From NCBI RefSeq assembly GCF_902459465.1, contig NC_047068.1, forward strand, positions 1,984,001-2,048,000: 64,000 bases of DNA, in the 5' to 3' direction. Positions 12,563-24,921 of the stretch are shown here, one piece after another. This stretch comes from Asterias rubens (lineage: Eukaryota). How positions within the stretch are numbered: the stretch's first letter is position 1; every line of letters starts with the position of its first letter. The translations under genes and the position numbers were made by a program. The notes beneath the pieces were generated by a model. The model saw only the letters and a list, made by a program, of their open reading frames with translations, was not told the origin of the DNA and did no database searches.

Positions 12563-12953
12563 TTAATGGTAGTGGACACTATTGGTAATTACTCAAAATA
12601 ATTATTAGCGTAAAACCTTACTTAGTAACGAGTAGTGGGGAAAGGTTGAAAGTATAAAACATTGTTAGAAACGGCTCCCTCTGAAGTAACGTAGTTTTCG
12701 AGAAAGAAGTAATTTACGACAAATTTGATTACGAGACCTTGGAATTAGATTTCGAGGTCTCGAAATCCTGCTTCTGAAAGCTTACAACTTCGTGTGATAA
12801 GGGTATTTTTCTCTCATTATTCTCTCGCATTTGACGACCAATTGAGCTCAAATTTTCACAGGTTTGTTATTTTAATTATATGCATATATGTTGAGATACA
12901 CCAAGTGAGAAGACTGGTCTTTGACAATTACCAATAGTGTCCTGTGTATTTAA
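12563..12953 (+). mobile_element. MITE family A (TTAA-flanked, Kolobok/ANGEL-like), full length
   Basis: TTAA at both ends; TIR agtggacactattggtaatt / aattaccaatagtgtcc. Confidence 0.88.
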
Positions 12954-13151
12954 CAAAAATGTTGGTAAACTGAATTGAAATTGTTTAAATAACAAAGTTT
13001 GAATAATTTGAATAATTCTGGCAACGTGAAGTAGGGCGGTTGACAGTTGCATTTGGTCACATGACAATTTGTTGGCGTTTGGCCAGGAGACGGCCTGCTG
13101 AACTGGCTTGAGCATTCAGAACCGCCCTAAATCTTCCCAGACCAGCGTCCA

Positions 13152-13314
13152 ATACGCCTCTCTTAATATTGATGCATAGCGTACGTCACAATTCTTACCC
13201 AAGAGGCCACAGGCGCAGCCACGGCAAGCTGGTACTGGTGGTGGCATGACGTGCGCCTATGGCCTCATTTTGTAAGAATTGTGACGTCATGCATGAATAT
13301 TAAGAGAGGCTTAT
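13152..13314. mobile_element. Palindromic MITE with ~60-bp arms
   Basis: gcctctcttaatatt...gtcacaattcttac...gaggcca / tggcctc...gtaagaattgtgac...aatattaagagaggc. Confidence 0.8.
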
Positions 13315-13391
13315 GGAAGGTTGGATGGCTCCCTGGCTGAGACACTGTCCTGAAAAAAATAACTTAAATGGGATCAATAGTCTCCAAGTCC

Positions 13392-13540
13392 CTGGGGTCG
13401 ATTTTACAAAGAGTTAGAACTAGTCCTAAGAGATATCAAAAACATATAGCTAGTCCTAACTTAGGAGGAGTAACTCGCCCTAACTCGAGATAAGACTAGT
13501 CTTTACTCTTTGTGAAATCCATTTGTGAAATCCACCCCTG
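13392..13540. mobile_element. MITE family F (Harbinger-like, CTG target duplication)
   Basis: CTG|GGGTCGATTTTACAAAGAG ... CTCTTTGTGAAATCC(dup)ACCC|CTG with internal cctaact/agttagg motifs; relatives at 14523-14670, 56440-56605 and 56989-57293. Confidence 0.75.
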
Positions 13541-14396
13541 GTCTGCTATTAATCAATTTATTCTTATAAGTAATCTGGTACCGACAAGAATTAGTTTCAA
13601 GACATAATCGATGAACAATCAAACAAAATAAAATGATCGTACTACATGTTAAACTTAATCAGTGGTATTGGGTCACATTTACCATTGACATTAGAATATC
13701 ATTATAATAATAGAGTACACACACCAGATGTTGGTTTAATCCTAGCACATGTAGCATAACGCCCGACTGCTCAACCCCTTCGCCAGCATGCTTCAACCAA
13801 TTATAGTTTTATTGTACACAGGAAAAACTGATTTAATGAATTGAAATTCAAATTTCCTGGCTGTGTGTTTGGTTTAATACCCTTCAAGAGCCTGCAGTGA
13901 TTTTGCCCTGCAAGAAAATGATTACTTATAATAATTGCTCTTATGGAATCTGTTTGATGATTTGATCTGGAGTTGTTTGTGTGAGAAGTGATGGTCTACA
14001 TAACAGTCTGGTCTGAGTAATAAATCATCTCTTTTACACCTTCCTAACTATCATGGTAAGCAGCCTTCTCTGAATGTTTGTTTTTTTAATGAAAAATTAT
14101 GATCATTATACTATTAGCATTTGTTACTACCGGTTCTACTGCAGCGATTAATTTCTTGTCATACTTGTGTTACAATATATCTATTTTACTGAGATGGCTC
14201 CCTGTGATTTGTTGAGAGTCATCTAATGTTTTCAATGTTTTTACGTTCATTTAGAAAACAAGTTTTAACTTGGTCAAGGGGAAAGTCAGAGGCCTTTATA
14301 CACTCACAAGGGTGTTTAACCTTTAATTTATGTAATGAGAGTAAACCAAAAATTTTAATTGGACAATTATTGTTTTGGATTAAACAAAGAAAAATT

Positions 14397-14470
14397 GACT
14401 AGACAGGGTTTGAACCATTGACCTCCGGACTAACGTGCTGGTGCTCTACCAAATGAGCTATCTAGCCCTA
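14397..14470 (-). mobile_element. tRNA-derived SINE head
   Basis: Minus strand: agggctagatagctcatttggtagagcacc...ggttcaaaccctg with A/B boxes but no closing acceptor stem. Confidence 0.6.
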
Positions 14471-14829
14471 TATTGGCGGTCTCCCTATTTTGTCAATATC
14501 TTTGTTCAGGTCTGCCAGTCAGCCGTCGATTTCTCCTAGCTCTTTATAACTTAGGATTGATCTTAGGAATTAGGACAAGTCCCAGCCTTGCAATACGACA
14601 TGTAAAAGTTAAGATTAATCCCAAGTTAGGATGATTTACTCATCCTAACTTGATGAAACCAGGGGGAGCACACCCAAGTTTACGATACAACCGGGGAAGC
14701 AGCGGCCAGGGATCCATAAGGGGATGCAACTTTTTATAAAGATATTATCAATTCTTAATATCTAATTAGAATCAGTAATGCTTGTAATGATGGCAGTAAT
14801 GTATGTTTGTTATTAGCAAACTTGATTGT

Positions 14830-15108
14830 GTATTGGGATGCGGTAGCACCATGTGTGTATCTACTTGCCAAGAAAGGTTTGTTCTTTAGAGAACTGTCTT
14901 GCTATATATTCTACTACCGCGGAGAAGGTTAAGCGAATTGTTCGGATTGTTTCTGTCCTGCTCATTGACTACTACCTGGGCGGAAGGTAGAAAATCGGCT
15001 TGGACTATTACTTTAGCTTATAGGATTGTTATTAACTGCACTACCGCAGAGTCAGTTCTTAAATTAGTCTACGTTTCGACTAGCTTGCTCTAGTCATAGT
15101 CAGGAGAC
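14830..15108 (-). mobile_element. Penelope-like non-autonomous retroelement (family PLE-b) with terminal hammerhead-like motif
   Basis: 9-bp direct flank cttgattgt (14821-14829, 15109-15117); gatgcggtagcaccatgt end shared with PLE-a; minus-strand GTCTC-CTGACTA-T-GACTAG-AGCAAG-CTAGTC-GAAAC-GT. Confidence 0.7.
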
Positions 15109-15804
15109 CTTGATTGTCATAATATTCCTACCAGTGCATGTTATCATCATGCGCATAATGACTTGTCATTTGAGACAGGGCTGTGGGTAAACACTGATCC
15201 ATAGTTAATGTAATTTAAGATCCTAATGTTGTCCATGTCTGCTCTAACCTTCAATTATTCACAGAGCATCATGTTTATTCAGTGTTGTTTCACCCGAGGG
15301 GGGTTAGGGGGGGGGAATCATTGAGTCAGAATGTATGGACAGTATGATTCAGGTTACTTCTCAATTCACATTTACCATTGGGGGGGGGCATTCTTGGAAG
15401 TACATGACTGCAATTTTCGTTCATCCTAACACAAATCTTCCTAAAAAGGGATCATTTATTGTTTTGCATAGATCTACGTTTAATTTTGATTTTTTTTTTA
15501 AAGAAAACTCTTGAGGAACATTTTTGAAAGTGATTAAAAGTTTTCACACCACCCATGTGAGCTTGATTGCTGTAAAAAAAAATTGCCTTCTGCATTGGTG
15601 ATGTTGCATTTTCTAACGTTGCCATCTTTGAAAGGAAAACAACTAAATAATGGAAACTAAACCTTACAGTCACTGATGAAAAAAGGGTGATCCAATTTGG
15701 TTTCTTTAAATGTGAAGAAAATTTCAAAATGGATTGAAAATTTTTTGTGTTCAAATTAAATGTTTAATGTCGAAACATTATTGATTGGCCATTTGACAAA
15801 TTAT

Positions 15805-16180
15805 TTAAAGACACTTGACACAATTGGTAATTGTCAAAGACCAGCCTTCTCACTTGGTGTATATGCATAAAATGACAAACCTGTGAAAATTTGAGCTCAA
15901 TTGGTCGTCGAAGTTGCGAGATAATAATGAAAGAAAAAACACCCTGGTCACACGGAGTTGTGTGCTTTCAGATGCTTGATTTCATGACCTCAATTCTAAA
16001 TCTGAGGTCTCTAAATCAAATTCGTGGAAAATTACTTCTTTCTCAAAAACTATGTCACTTCAGAGGGAGCCGTTTCTCACAATGTTTTATACTATCAACC
16101 TCTCCCCATTACTGGTTACCAAGTAAGGTTTTATGCTAATAATTATTTTGAGTAATTACCAATAGTGTCCATTGCCTTAA
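15805..16180 (-). mobile_element. MITE family A, full length
   Basis: TTAA flanks, TIRs and family body. Confidence 0.88.
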
Positions 16181-17106
16181 GTGTTCATTGTTATTTAATT
16201 ACTTATTTGTTGTTGGTTTTTTCTTTTCTCAAGGTGATGTGCCATAATTAATGTTTATGACCCAAGTTATGTTCTTAATAAAATATCAAACAATTAGTTA
16301 TGCTTGATTTCCAACTTGAAGGAGGCCTATGTGTAGAGCCAAGTAGAACAATGAGACAGTAAACTCTGGATCTTCACTTCACATACAATAAACAAAGGAT
16401 GTAAAGAAAGCTTTTGACTACACAGATCTCTAGACTATGAAAAAAGAGTTATTTAAGACTGGTCCCTGTCCTTATCTGTTACAGCGGGTGTTGGTTCGTG
16501 TATACATACACATGTACGTCGGATTTAACTGTGAATCTCATGAAGGCCAGGTGAAATGTTGGAAGGTCAAAGGTGATTATGTACTTGGGCTCAACTGCAA
16601 ATCTCTGGCTAAATTCACAAGCCTCGAAGTGTGACGTCGGATGTTCTGGCTAAGCAATACACAGTGTCATGCACAACTTGAAGAAAGTTGCCAATCAACA
16701 GAGGGCGCTATACTACTATATCATTTTTTCCCTGCCATTTCACAGAACATCTACTGAAGTGAAACTGAAATGCATACATCTGCTGTATGTGGACATCATG
16801 CCAGTGCAGTATTTTAATGTTAACTACCATTCATGCATAAAGTGTAGTTACTTGTACAGTATGTAATTGGAATGAAGAGTGGGTCATTTGACATAAACTT
16901 TGCATGGCAATGCACGGTGGCAAATAAAATCACAAAAGTTATGTTCCATGCAAATACTACACATGTTTCTTAATCTTCAGCGTTGTAAACTTTGCTTTGG
17001 GGAAAAACTGGTCCTGAACTTATATGCTGGTTTTATTAACCAAATTGAATCATAACATACAAATATAATTTGTAGCTTTGTTAGTGACTGTTTAGGATGT
17101 CTCAAA

Positions 17107-17495
17107 TTAAAGGCAGTGGACACTATTGGTAATTACTCAAAATAATTATTATCATAAAACCTTACTTGTTAACGAGTAGTGGGGAGAGGTTCATAGTATA
17201 AATATTATGAGAAATGGCTCCCTCTGAAGTAACACAGTTTTCGAGAAAGAAGTTATTTTCCATGAATTTGATTTTGAGACCTCGGAATTAGATTTTGAGG
17301 TCTCGAAATCAAGCATCTGAAAGCACACAACTTCGTGTGACAAGGGTGTTTTTTCTTACATTGTTATCTCGCAACTTCCACAATCAATTGAGCTCAAATT
17401 TTCACAGGTTTTTTATTTTATGCATATGTCGAGATACACCAAGGCAAGTGAGAAGACTGGTCTTGACAATTACCAATAGTGTCCAGTGTCTTTAA
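17107..17495 (+). mobile_element. MITE family A, full length
   Basis: TTAA|AGGCAGTGGACAC...GTGTCCAGTGTCT|TTAA. Confidence 0.9.
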
Positions 17496-17658
17496 GGAAG
17501 TTAAATTTGGAAGACTGGATGCAGTTGATTGCATTGTCGCAGAAATCACAAGAACTTTTTTACTTTAAGCCAAATTTCAATTCTCCATGTAGACACCAAC
17601 CTTTTCTGCCGTGACATCAAAAGAAAAAGATAACACCACTTACATGTATTGTGCTCTA

Positions 17659-18038
17659 TTAAAGACAGTGGACACTATTGGTAATTGTCAAAGACCATTC
17701 TTCTTACTTGGTGTTAATCAACATATGCATAAAATAACAAACTGTGAAAATTTGAGCTTGATTGGTCGTCGGAGTTGTGAGATAACTATAAAAGAAGGAA
17801 AAAAACCTTGTCACACGAAGTTGTGTACTTTTAGATGGTTGATTTCGAGACCTCAAATTCTAAACTTGAGGTCTCGAAATCAAATTCGTGGAAAATTACT
17901 CGAAAACTATGTCACTTCAGAGGGAACCGTTTCTCACAATGTTTTATACCATCAACCTCTCCCCATTACTCGTTACCAAGTAAGGTTTTATGCTGATAAT
18001 TATTTTGAGTAATTACCAATAGTGTCCACTGCCTTTAA
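17659..18038 (-). mobile_element. MITE family A, full length, inverted relative to the 17107 copy
   Basis: TTAA|AGACAGTGGACAC...GTGTCCACTGCCT|TTAA. Confidence 0.9.
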
Positions 18039-18652
18039 CAAAAGCGTATATCCTGTGCATGTAGTGATACTAAGCAGATTGTTGTTATTTTATAAGCATT
18101 TTTGATGTTAAGTTTCCAGATGAAATAGAACTGAAACCATTACGTGATAATAATATATAAATTCTATTCTTTTCTTTTTTGAGTGGGTGGTTCAACTGTT
18201 TCCTATGTGCATATACATTTGTATGAATGTAACATAAAATTAGAAAGAAAAAGAAATTCAAATTTCTAGCAATGATATTAATTTTGGATTGAACTGTATT
18301 TATCTTTGACTCGCCCATCCTGAACAAACCTGTGTTTTATTTGGATCTGGATTTATAAATGACTATGTGTATGACATGGTACAGTGATGTCTAAAGTACT
18401 TTTTTATTATCAAATGAAATTAATGTTGCTGGTCTACCAAGCCTAAATTTAAATTTACGACATATTCCATTAACATACTTAAATTGCAATGTTTTGTTAC
18501 CAATTGAGTTGATCATTTGTATTTTATCTTCCTATGGACAATGTGAAGTATGTATACCCAAAATGCAAATACTGACATCAAATGTTGAATGTTAATAGTT
18601 GTTCCTGAACTTGTATAATGAATGGTATGTTTTGTTTGTCTTTGCTATTTAG

Positions 18653-18735
18653 TTTGAGTGTGCAAGCAGACCAACTAGGAGAGCTACTATTGGCTGTCAG
18701 CATCGGAACACTGGAACAGATCATTATTGTACAAT
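18653..18735 (+). other. Candidate exon (probably 5' UTR)
   Basis: Acceptor ttttgtttgtctttgctatttag and donor AT|GTAAGT; two frames open but no recognisable product. Confidence 0.4.
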
Positions 18736-18789
18736 GTAAGTCACATTTATAAATGATTACACTGTAGCATGGTAAGTTTTGTAATTATT

Positions 18790-18990
18790 GCTTGCTTGCT
18801 TAAGTCGAGTTTTGTCCTCGAATTACGATGGTTCTCCATGCCTTTTTGTTCCCCTTTGCGGACTTGAAATCTGTGAAGTGTACGTTAGTGCAGGTCTACC
18901 AGGTTTCCTCCTCCCATGCTTAGGGGTCCACAGAACAATATTGGATACTGGTTTGTCTTTGCTCCTGTAGCAGTGGCCAGCAAAACGCAT
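18790..18990 (-). mobile_element. RTE-clade LINE 3' fragment with (AAGC)n tail
   Basis: Minus-strand MRFAGHCYRSKDKPVSNIVLWTPKHGRRKPGRPALTY matches the RTE ORF C-terminal pattern (FAGH..R...W.P..G.R..GRP). Confidence 0.85.
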
Positions 18991-19029
18991 CAAATAATCA
19001 TTATACAATTGTTGCATGCTGTGACAGGG

Positions 19030-19116
19030 TCCATGACATTTTGTACATCCGAGGGGAAAAAAGGCACCCTCGGCTTTGCCTCGGGTGCCTTTTTTCCCTA
19101 AGGGTGTACAAAACCC
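19030..19116. mobile_element. Short hairpin element with CTCGGCTTTGCCTCG loop
   Basis: ttttgtacatcc..ggggaaaaaaggcacc / ggtgccttttttccc..gggtgtacaaaa arms; a similar loop occurs at 57790. Confidence 0.55.
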
Positions 19117-21422
19117 ATGGCAACAATTGTTTTGTTATACCTTGGTAACATGATTATTATCCTCTCAAAGTTATGTTGTCATCTTTTAACATTACTTACA
19201 TGTATGACAAGTATGCATAGTTTAATAAGCAGACAAACAGTTCTTCAAATAAGAAACAATTTTTCACTGTTCCCTCGAACCCGCGGCTGTTTGGTACTAA
19301 GTGCCATACATCGACCAATGGTGGGAACGATTAATGTACATACAAACAAAAAGAGCCTGTGATTAGGACTAGCAGCACTCCATCTTTTTACAGAGTTATG
19401 ATAAGCCAAGTATAAAATGGGTATTGAGTCCTTAAAGCAAGTTTCATGTCACTTTTGAAGACAGTCTTGTGTGCACGACTCAAGCCAATCTGATAATCTT
19501 GCTGCACAGATGTATTCTAAACATCAGAATGCTACTTGGTAGTTGCTACATGAACAATAGAACGCCGCTATACAAACCGACAAAATAATGATTAAATCCC
19601 TATACCAAACTGGCCTTTGGCAGAATTCCGTACACAAAACATACCGAACAGCTGGCTGACCATAATATGCAGTGACTGGAGTAGAAGAATGTGTGATGTT
19701 AAAAAATAACATTCTAATGTTGAGGAGACAGGTCTTATATTCCCCAAGAGAAAGCCAACTGTTATCTTAGGTTTGGAAACTCTTTAAGTAACTCTGATCA
19801 ACTGACATGTATGTTAAAGATGCATATTTTGAGTGGCCCTCTACATTTCATCATGAGAGAGCTAGATGCCATATATAAGAAGGTGCGAGAAACACAGAAC
19901 AAAGGTCAAAAGAGGGCACTGCAGATAAATAAATAAAAACACCTCTTAGGATCACATACAGGGGGCCAGTCAATAAAACAAACAATTAAAATGTAACACT
20001 AAAAGCTATACTTTGGGGTTCTTTTAACCTTTTAATTAAATAATTTGTTTAAAGCATCAACATAAATTTATTACAGTTATTACATTATTTTAGAAAGTTT
20101 GATGCAGTCAAAGTTTAAACAGATTAGGCCCATAGCAAAATAGTACGACACACACAGCAATCAAAGAGGATGGGGAGAAATCTGGCGGCTTTATGAGGGC
20201 GCTCTCACAGTGCCATCTTGGAAACTGCCTTTGGGCGGTGCTAATGCAAATCACTTAACCAAACGACCACAGTACCAAATAAACAAATCATGGATCTGCA
20301 ATGTTATGACATTCTTCTTTTTTCATTCTAATCATTACAAACAAATTTTTCTGATCTCTGATTCTGAATATTTGTTGTAGTAGGCAAGTCGCTTGTCAGG
20401 TTAAATCAGTGCTTATGTCAAGTGAAATGTTGTAACATTATGAGATTTACATGCTTCTAGGTCAGCTGTTGCTGACTTGAGTCACTCAAAATGTTGTTGA
20501 AAAAGTTTTGTCATTTTATACACACTTGTTTTGAAGAGGATTAAAATACATGTAGGCCTGCAGGTGTAAAGAGATTGTTGAAGTTGATGAGAGGTGACTG
20601 AAGCTAACCCATGTTTCATCACTTGATCATGTCTACCTCACTGTTTGTATCCAGATGAACCAGCAAACAATGACCTAAAACAAATACCACCAAATCCTTT
20701 AAGTCATCTGGCCAACAACTTAACATGATTGTCAAAGTATCCAATCCAAACATACTTGTCCCTGGGTTTTTTGATAGTTTTGGCATCCCTAGTAGACGCA
20801 AACAGCCCACGGACATCCTGATGCACAGCAGTGCCATGTAAGAATTCAATGGCATGGCACCTGTCTCTAGATGAAAATGCCCAGACAACAGGTGCACATC
20901 TTTGTACATGTAGGAATATGATTAACTAAAGAAACTGGTGACTAAAGAGGTCAAGCTCTGATATTACCAGGGGTTGATATCAACCTCCCACACAGCCCGG
21001 GCAGAAGGATCCAAATTGTCCATCTTATTCTCCTGATTCTTTCTACCAATGTTGTAAGAAGTTTGGAGTACAGTCAATGTAAGGTCATACTCAAGGCCAT
21101 GGGTCTTTGTAGCAGAGCAACTGGTCATTGGTTGTCTGTCTTGATGACCATTATGATGTGATGAAAGCTGTTAAGGGTTGGTCCTGTTTAGAATCTTGCA
21201 AGATTATACTGGGACTAATTGGCAATTTGTTATGTCAGGAATTTGAAAGAAATATTCATAAACACCTCCTAGAGGCTGTTCATAAAAGTGCATTAAGCTA
21301 AGGGAAAATTACTTGAGACTACAAAATTGCACAATGGGGGCCAATGGATTGTTGTTTATGATTGATTATGATTGAAACAAAACATTTAGTCAACTACATA
21401 GTAAAACCTGACATTTGAGCTT

Positions 21423-21802
21423 TTAAAGACCCTGGACACTAGTGGCAAATGTCAAAGACCAGTCTTCTCACTTGGTGTGTCTCAACATATGCATAAAATA
21501 ACAAGCCTGTGAAAATTTGAGCTCAATTGGACATCGAAGTTGTGAGATAATAATGAAAGAAAAAACACCCTTGTCACACGAAGTTGTGTGCTTTCAGATG
21601 CTTGATTTCGAGACCTCAAATTCTAAACTTGAGGTTTCGAAGTCAAATTGGTGGAAAATTACTTCTTCCTCGAAAACAACGTCTCTTCAGAGGGAGCCGT
21701 TTCTCACTATGTTTTATACCATCAATCTCTCCCCATTACTCGTTACCAATTAATTGCTAATAATCATTTTGAGTAATTACCAAAAGTGTACACTGCCTTT
21801 AA
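21423..21802 (-). mobile_element. MITE family A, full length
   Basis: TTAA flanks and family body. Confidence 0.88.
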
Positions 21803-22964
21803 AAATACAGCAATTATAGCAACTACTGTACTCTAGGAATATCCAGATTTCCATGTACAAAATGTACTTGTTTGTCTGCATATTTTATAAGGTAATAAAT
21901 ACCATGTGAAATAAATAAATACCATGTGAAACTCTGTGGTTAATTTCTTATATTATAAGAGGAAATCAACTATTTGACAAAAATGTGTTATTGCAAGGAA
22001 AAATGTAAGAAATGTACACAATGCTTGAGTACATGTGTGTACCGTACTAAATATGACAAATTAAACTAATTATCCAAACTAATTATTATTATTTGTAGGC
22101 CATCAAATTTGTTGGAAAAGTAATGTTTTTTGGGTCGTGCAACTGTAAAAGATTGTGTAATTATGGCAAGTTACCACAACCTGGGGGCTCTATGCTTCAA
22201 CTTTTGAGGAAATTTGACAAAGTTAGGCTTTTTAGTTGGCCCTATTTGGCTTGGAAAGCTGAGAAGTGCTTCATGAAAACTGGCAGCAATTCAGTTTGGG
22301 AAAGTACACATTTTTTGGGGTGTTTTTTCTAGCAAAATTCCAAACTGCCAACCTGCCACAAATTACAGAGAAATCTGAAGTTGAGTTGTCAGAAAATATT
22401 TTTGACTGGTTTTTAAGACGCTGAGAGACTTTAAATATTTGTTGAGTGTTTTTGAACATTTAGCATTTAGCATTGGTTGCTATGTGAGTTTAGTTACACT
22501 GAGTATTGTGCACTCACATTCACAGTACATATTCAGTCTGTCTGCTGCCCTCTTCAGTTTACCAAGACAAGTATCTGCACTTAATGTAATCATCATCGGT
22601 TCTCTTCCAACACTGTTCTGGCTTAGATGTTTTTTCCATCTTGCAAGATAAGCCATGTCATGTGTGATAACAAATGATAACAAAATCCTATTTCAAAATG
22701 TTAGCAACCTGCCACAATCTGGAGTGCTGCATTGTGCACTTTGTCCGGGCACCCCTGTTGCCCTGTTTCATGGTTTGTAACTAACAATTTTGAAGTATTA
22801 ACGCAGCATTTACACTGACTTCAAAGCATATCTGAATTAAGTGAATTTTGAACTGAGAAATAGCGACAATGGCACCTTAGCAAACAACCTAGATATTGTA
22901 ATCGCTTGAAAGTATGCCATTACAGTATACCAGAGGTCAAGGACTTGCTCTCTAAGGTTATCAC

Positions 22965-23031
22965 GTCACTGTGGTCAAATGGTTAGACTGCTTGACTTGC
23001 AATCACAAGGTTGCGGGTTCGAAACCTACCA
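22965..23031 (+). mobile_element. tRNA-like SINE head or tRNA pseudogene
   Basis: tggtcaaatggttag (A box), cttgcaa loop and ggttcgaaac (B box); acceptor stem does not pair. Confidence 0.55.
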
Positions 23032-23079
23032 TAAACAGTGTAATCGTTGATTTCACAGTGACTAGAGTAAGTCTTGTCC

Positions 23080-23420
23080 TCTAGTTTAATAAGGGAATAA
23101 AAGGGTAGCAACGGTTAAAACGGGCAGGGTGGTGGTCATGCGATAAAGGCCCGAGCCGAACCCATTCATAGATGCCTTTTTGGTTAAAAGGCATAATAAA
23201 GTAAGAAACTCTGTAAAACTTTTCCGCTTTCCGACGTCTTTGAGCTCTGTGCGTGTGTTGCATTTCTTTGACTGAGACAGTTTTCGGATATGCATTCGTG
23301 CGAGTAGTATGCATCTAAACGTATCCGAAAACAGCTGGTCATTATCAACCGTTTAAATACCACCATGTGATGCACTCTCCACCAATAGGAATAGCGAAAC
23401 TGTCCGAGGTATTTATGAAT
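23080..23420. mobile_element. Dispersed repeat family E (DNA-element terminus with CACGTG/CCAAT-like motifs)
   Basis: ctctccaccaatagga.tag.gaaactgtc..gggtatttatgaat shared with 26370-26516. Confidence 0.6.
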
Positions 23421-24059
23421 TACAACTTATTGATATGTGCAAATCTTAATCATAGACATAAAACTAAAATGTATGAGAGAGATTGGCTATTGATCACTTG
23501 GAGTTTTTATCCCTTTTGCCAAGTTCCCTTGATGGGATTAAATCGCCTAAACAAACAAACAAACAAACAAACAAACAAACATATGAGCAAAAGATGTGAA
23601 TATAAATGAAATGGATGTATTTTTTTCCATTTTTGAGTGAGGTGTACCTCCAGGTACAGTACAGTCTGTTTAGCTAGAACCAACTGCTGTATTTACATTG
23701 TCCAGGTACACCCAATGATTTGTACCTTATTAGAAGGTAACACTTACTGCCACAAATCAGTGTTATATTTGACTGCATACACTGACCAGGTGACTGCAAC
23801 TAGATGATCAGCATGACCCATTCACTTAGTGTGTTTAACAATCTCCCTTCATGTCCTATATTGTCCAGATTACCTATTGGGCAGTTAAGTTACCAGGCAC
23901 TAAGTTAATATGTTGTACATATGTAGAGTTGTCACAAATCACGAAGGTCATGTACTGTGTTGACTGGTCTTTAGTGTTGTCTATTGGGCCATAGAGGAAA
24001 GAAGGCCCTGGACCATAGAGGAAAGGCCCTGGACCCTAGATGATGATATGTGTTGGGAC

Positions 24060-24559
24060 CATAGAGCTATATATATTGACTAGAGCGCTAACTTGCTCTG
24101 CGTTTTGAAGCCACCCTGGGCGCAGACATGTTTGATGTGTTGCGTGAATTCGGAATTTTAAGAGAACACACATTGCCGCGATTATTTTACATTCTGCGTG
24201 TGCGTATACGTACGCAACTGTCCACTCGCGCGCGTACGTCCGCGCTACGAAAACCGTAACTTCGACTTGATTGCCGTACTAAAAAAAAATTAATGCGCCT
24301 TTTAATCATGACGCACATGACGCTCGCAGTTTGTGCGCTGATCAGCAGATTGTGCGTTCACATTTACTGCATTTTTTGCTTCGGTGGCACATGAAAAAGA
24401 ACAAACGCACTATCATGCAAATAGCCGTACAATTGCCGTACAAAATTTCAAGCTTTTGTATTGGTTTGTACATAAACATGGATGCGCCCACACGGCTTCA
24501 AAACCTTAGTGCGTGTATAACGGGGTGTTAGCTCTCTAGTCAATATATATAGCTCCATG
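24060..24559. mobile_element. 500-bp MITE, P-element-like, with perfect 8-bp TSD
   Basis: TSD gttgggac (24052-24059, 24560-24567); ~33-bp TIR catagagctatatatattgactagag.gctaac. CATAG...CATG termini with an 8-bp TSD fit the P (or hAT) superfamily. Confidence 0.85.
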
Positions 24560-24669
24560 GTTGGGACAGTTGTACAGTAGTACTACTCAGTGATCAATTA
24601 CAACATTGATGTATTTTGAATATTTTCAGGAAATAATTTGGCTATCCTGGAATATTCTTTCAAACATTT

Positions 24670-24921
24670 ATGGAAAGGTTTGACTTGTCTCTAAATGAGT
24701 TGGGGTGGTCCTGAAAAAACCCGTTGGTTTCAACTCGATGTTTCGATCAGTATACTCTGATCATCTTCTGGAGAAAGCTCTGAGCATACTGATCAAAACG
24801 AGTTGAAACCAACGGTTCTTTTCAGAACCACCCCAACTCATTTAGAGATAGTCGTTACATGGTGTTAACGCAAACCTTTCCATATCGTATTTCCACCATG
24901 CAAAGTTTCAAATCCTACTTA
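24670..24921. mobile_element. Penelope-like element PLE-a, second copy with inverted arms
   Basis: 11-bp direct flank ttcaaacattt (24659-24669, 24922-24932); same sequence as 1298-1640. Confidence 0.8.

Noticed and set aside
22965-23031. Functional tRNA genes here and at 9454, 14397, 28290, 29505, 35478, 41760, 46000 and 47920
   Set aside because: A/B boxes are present, but acceptor stems do not close and most are fused to SINE bodies.
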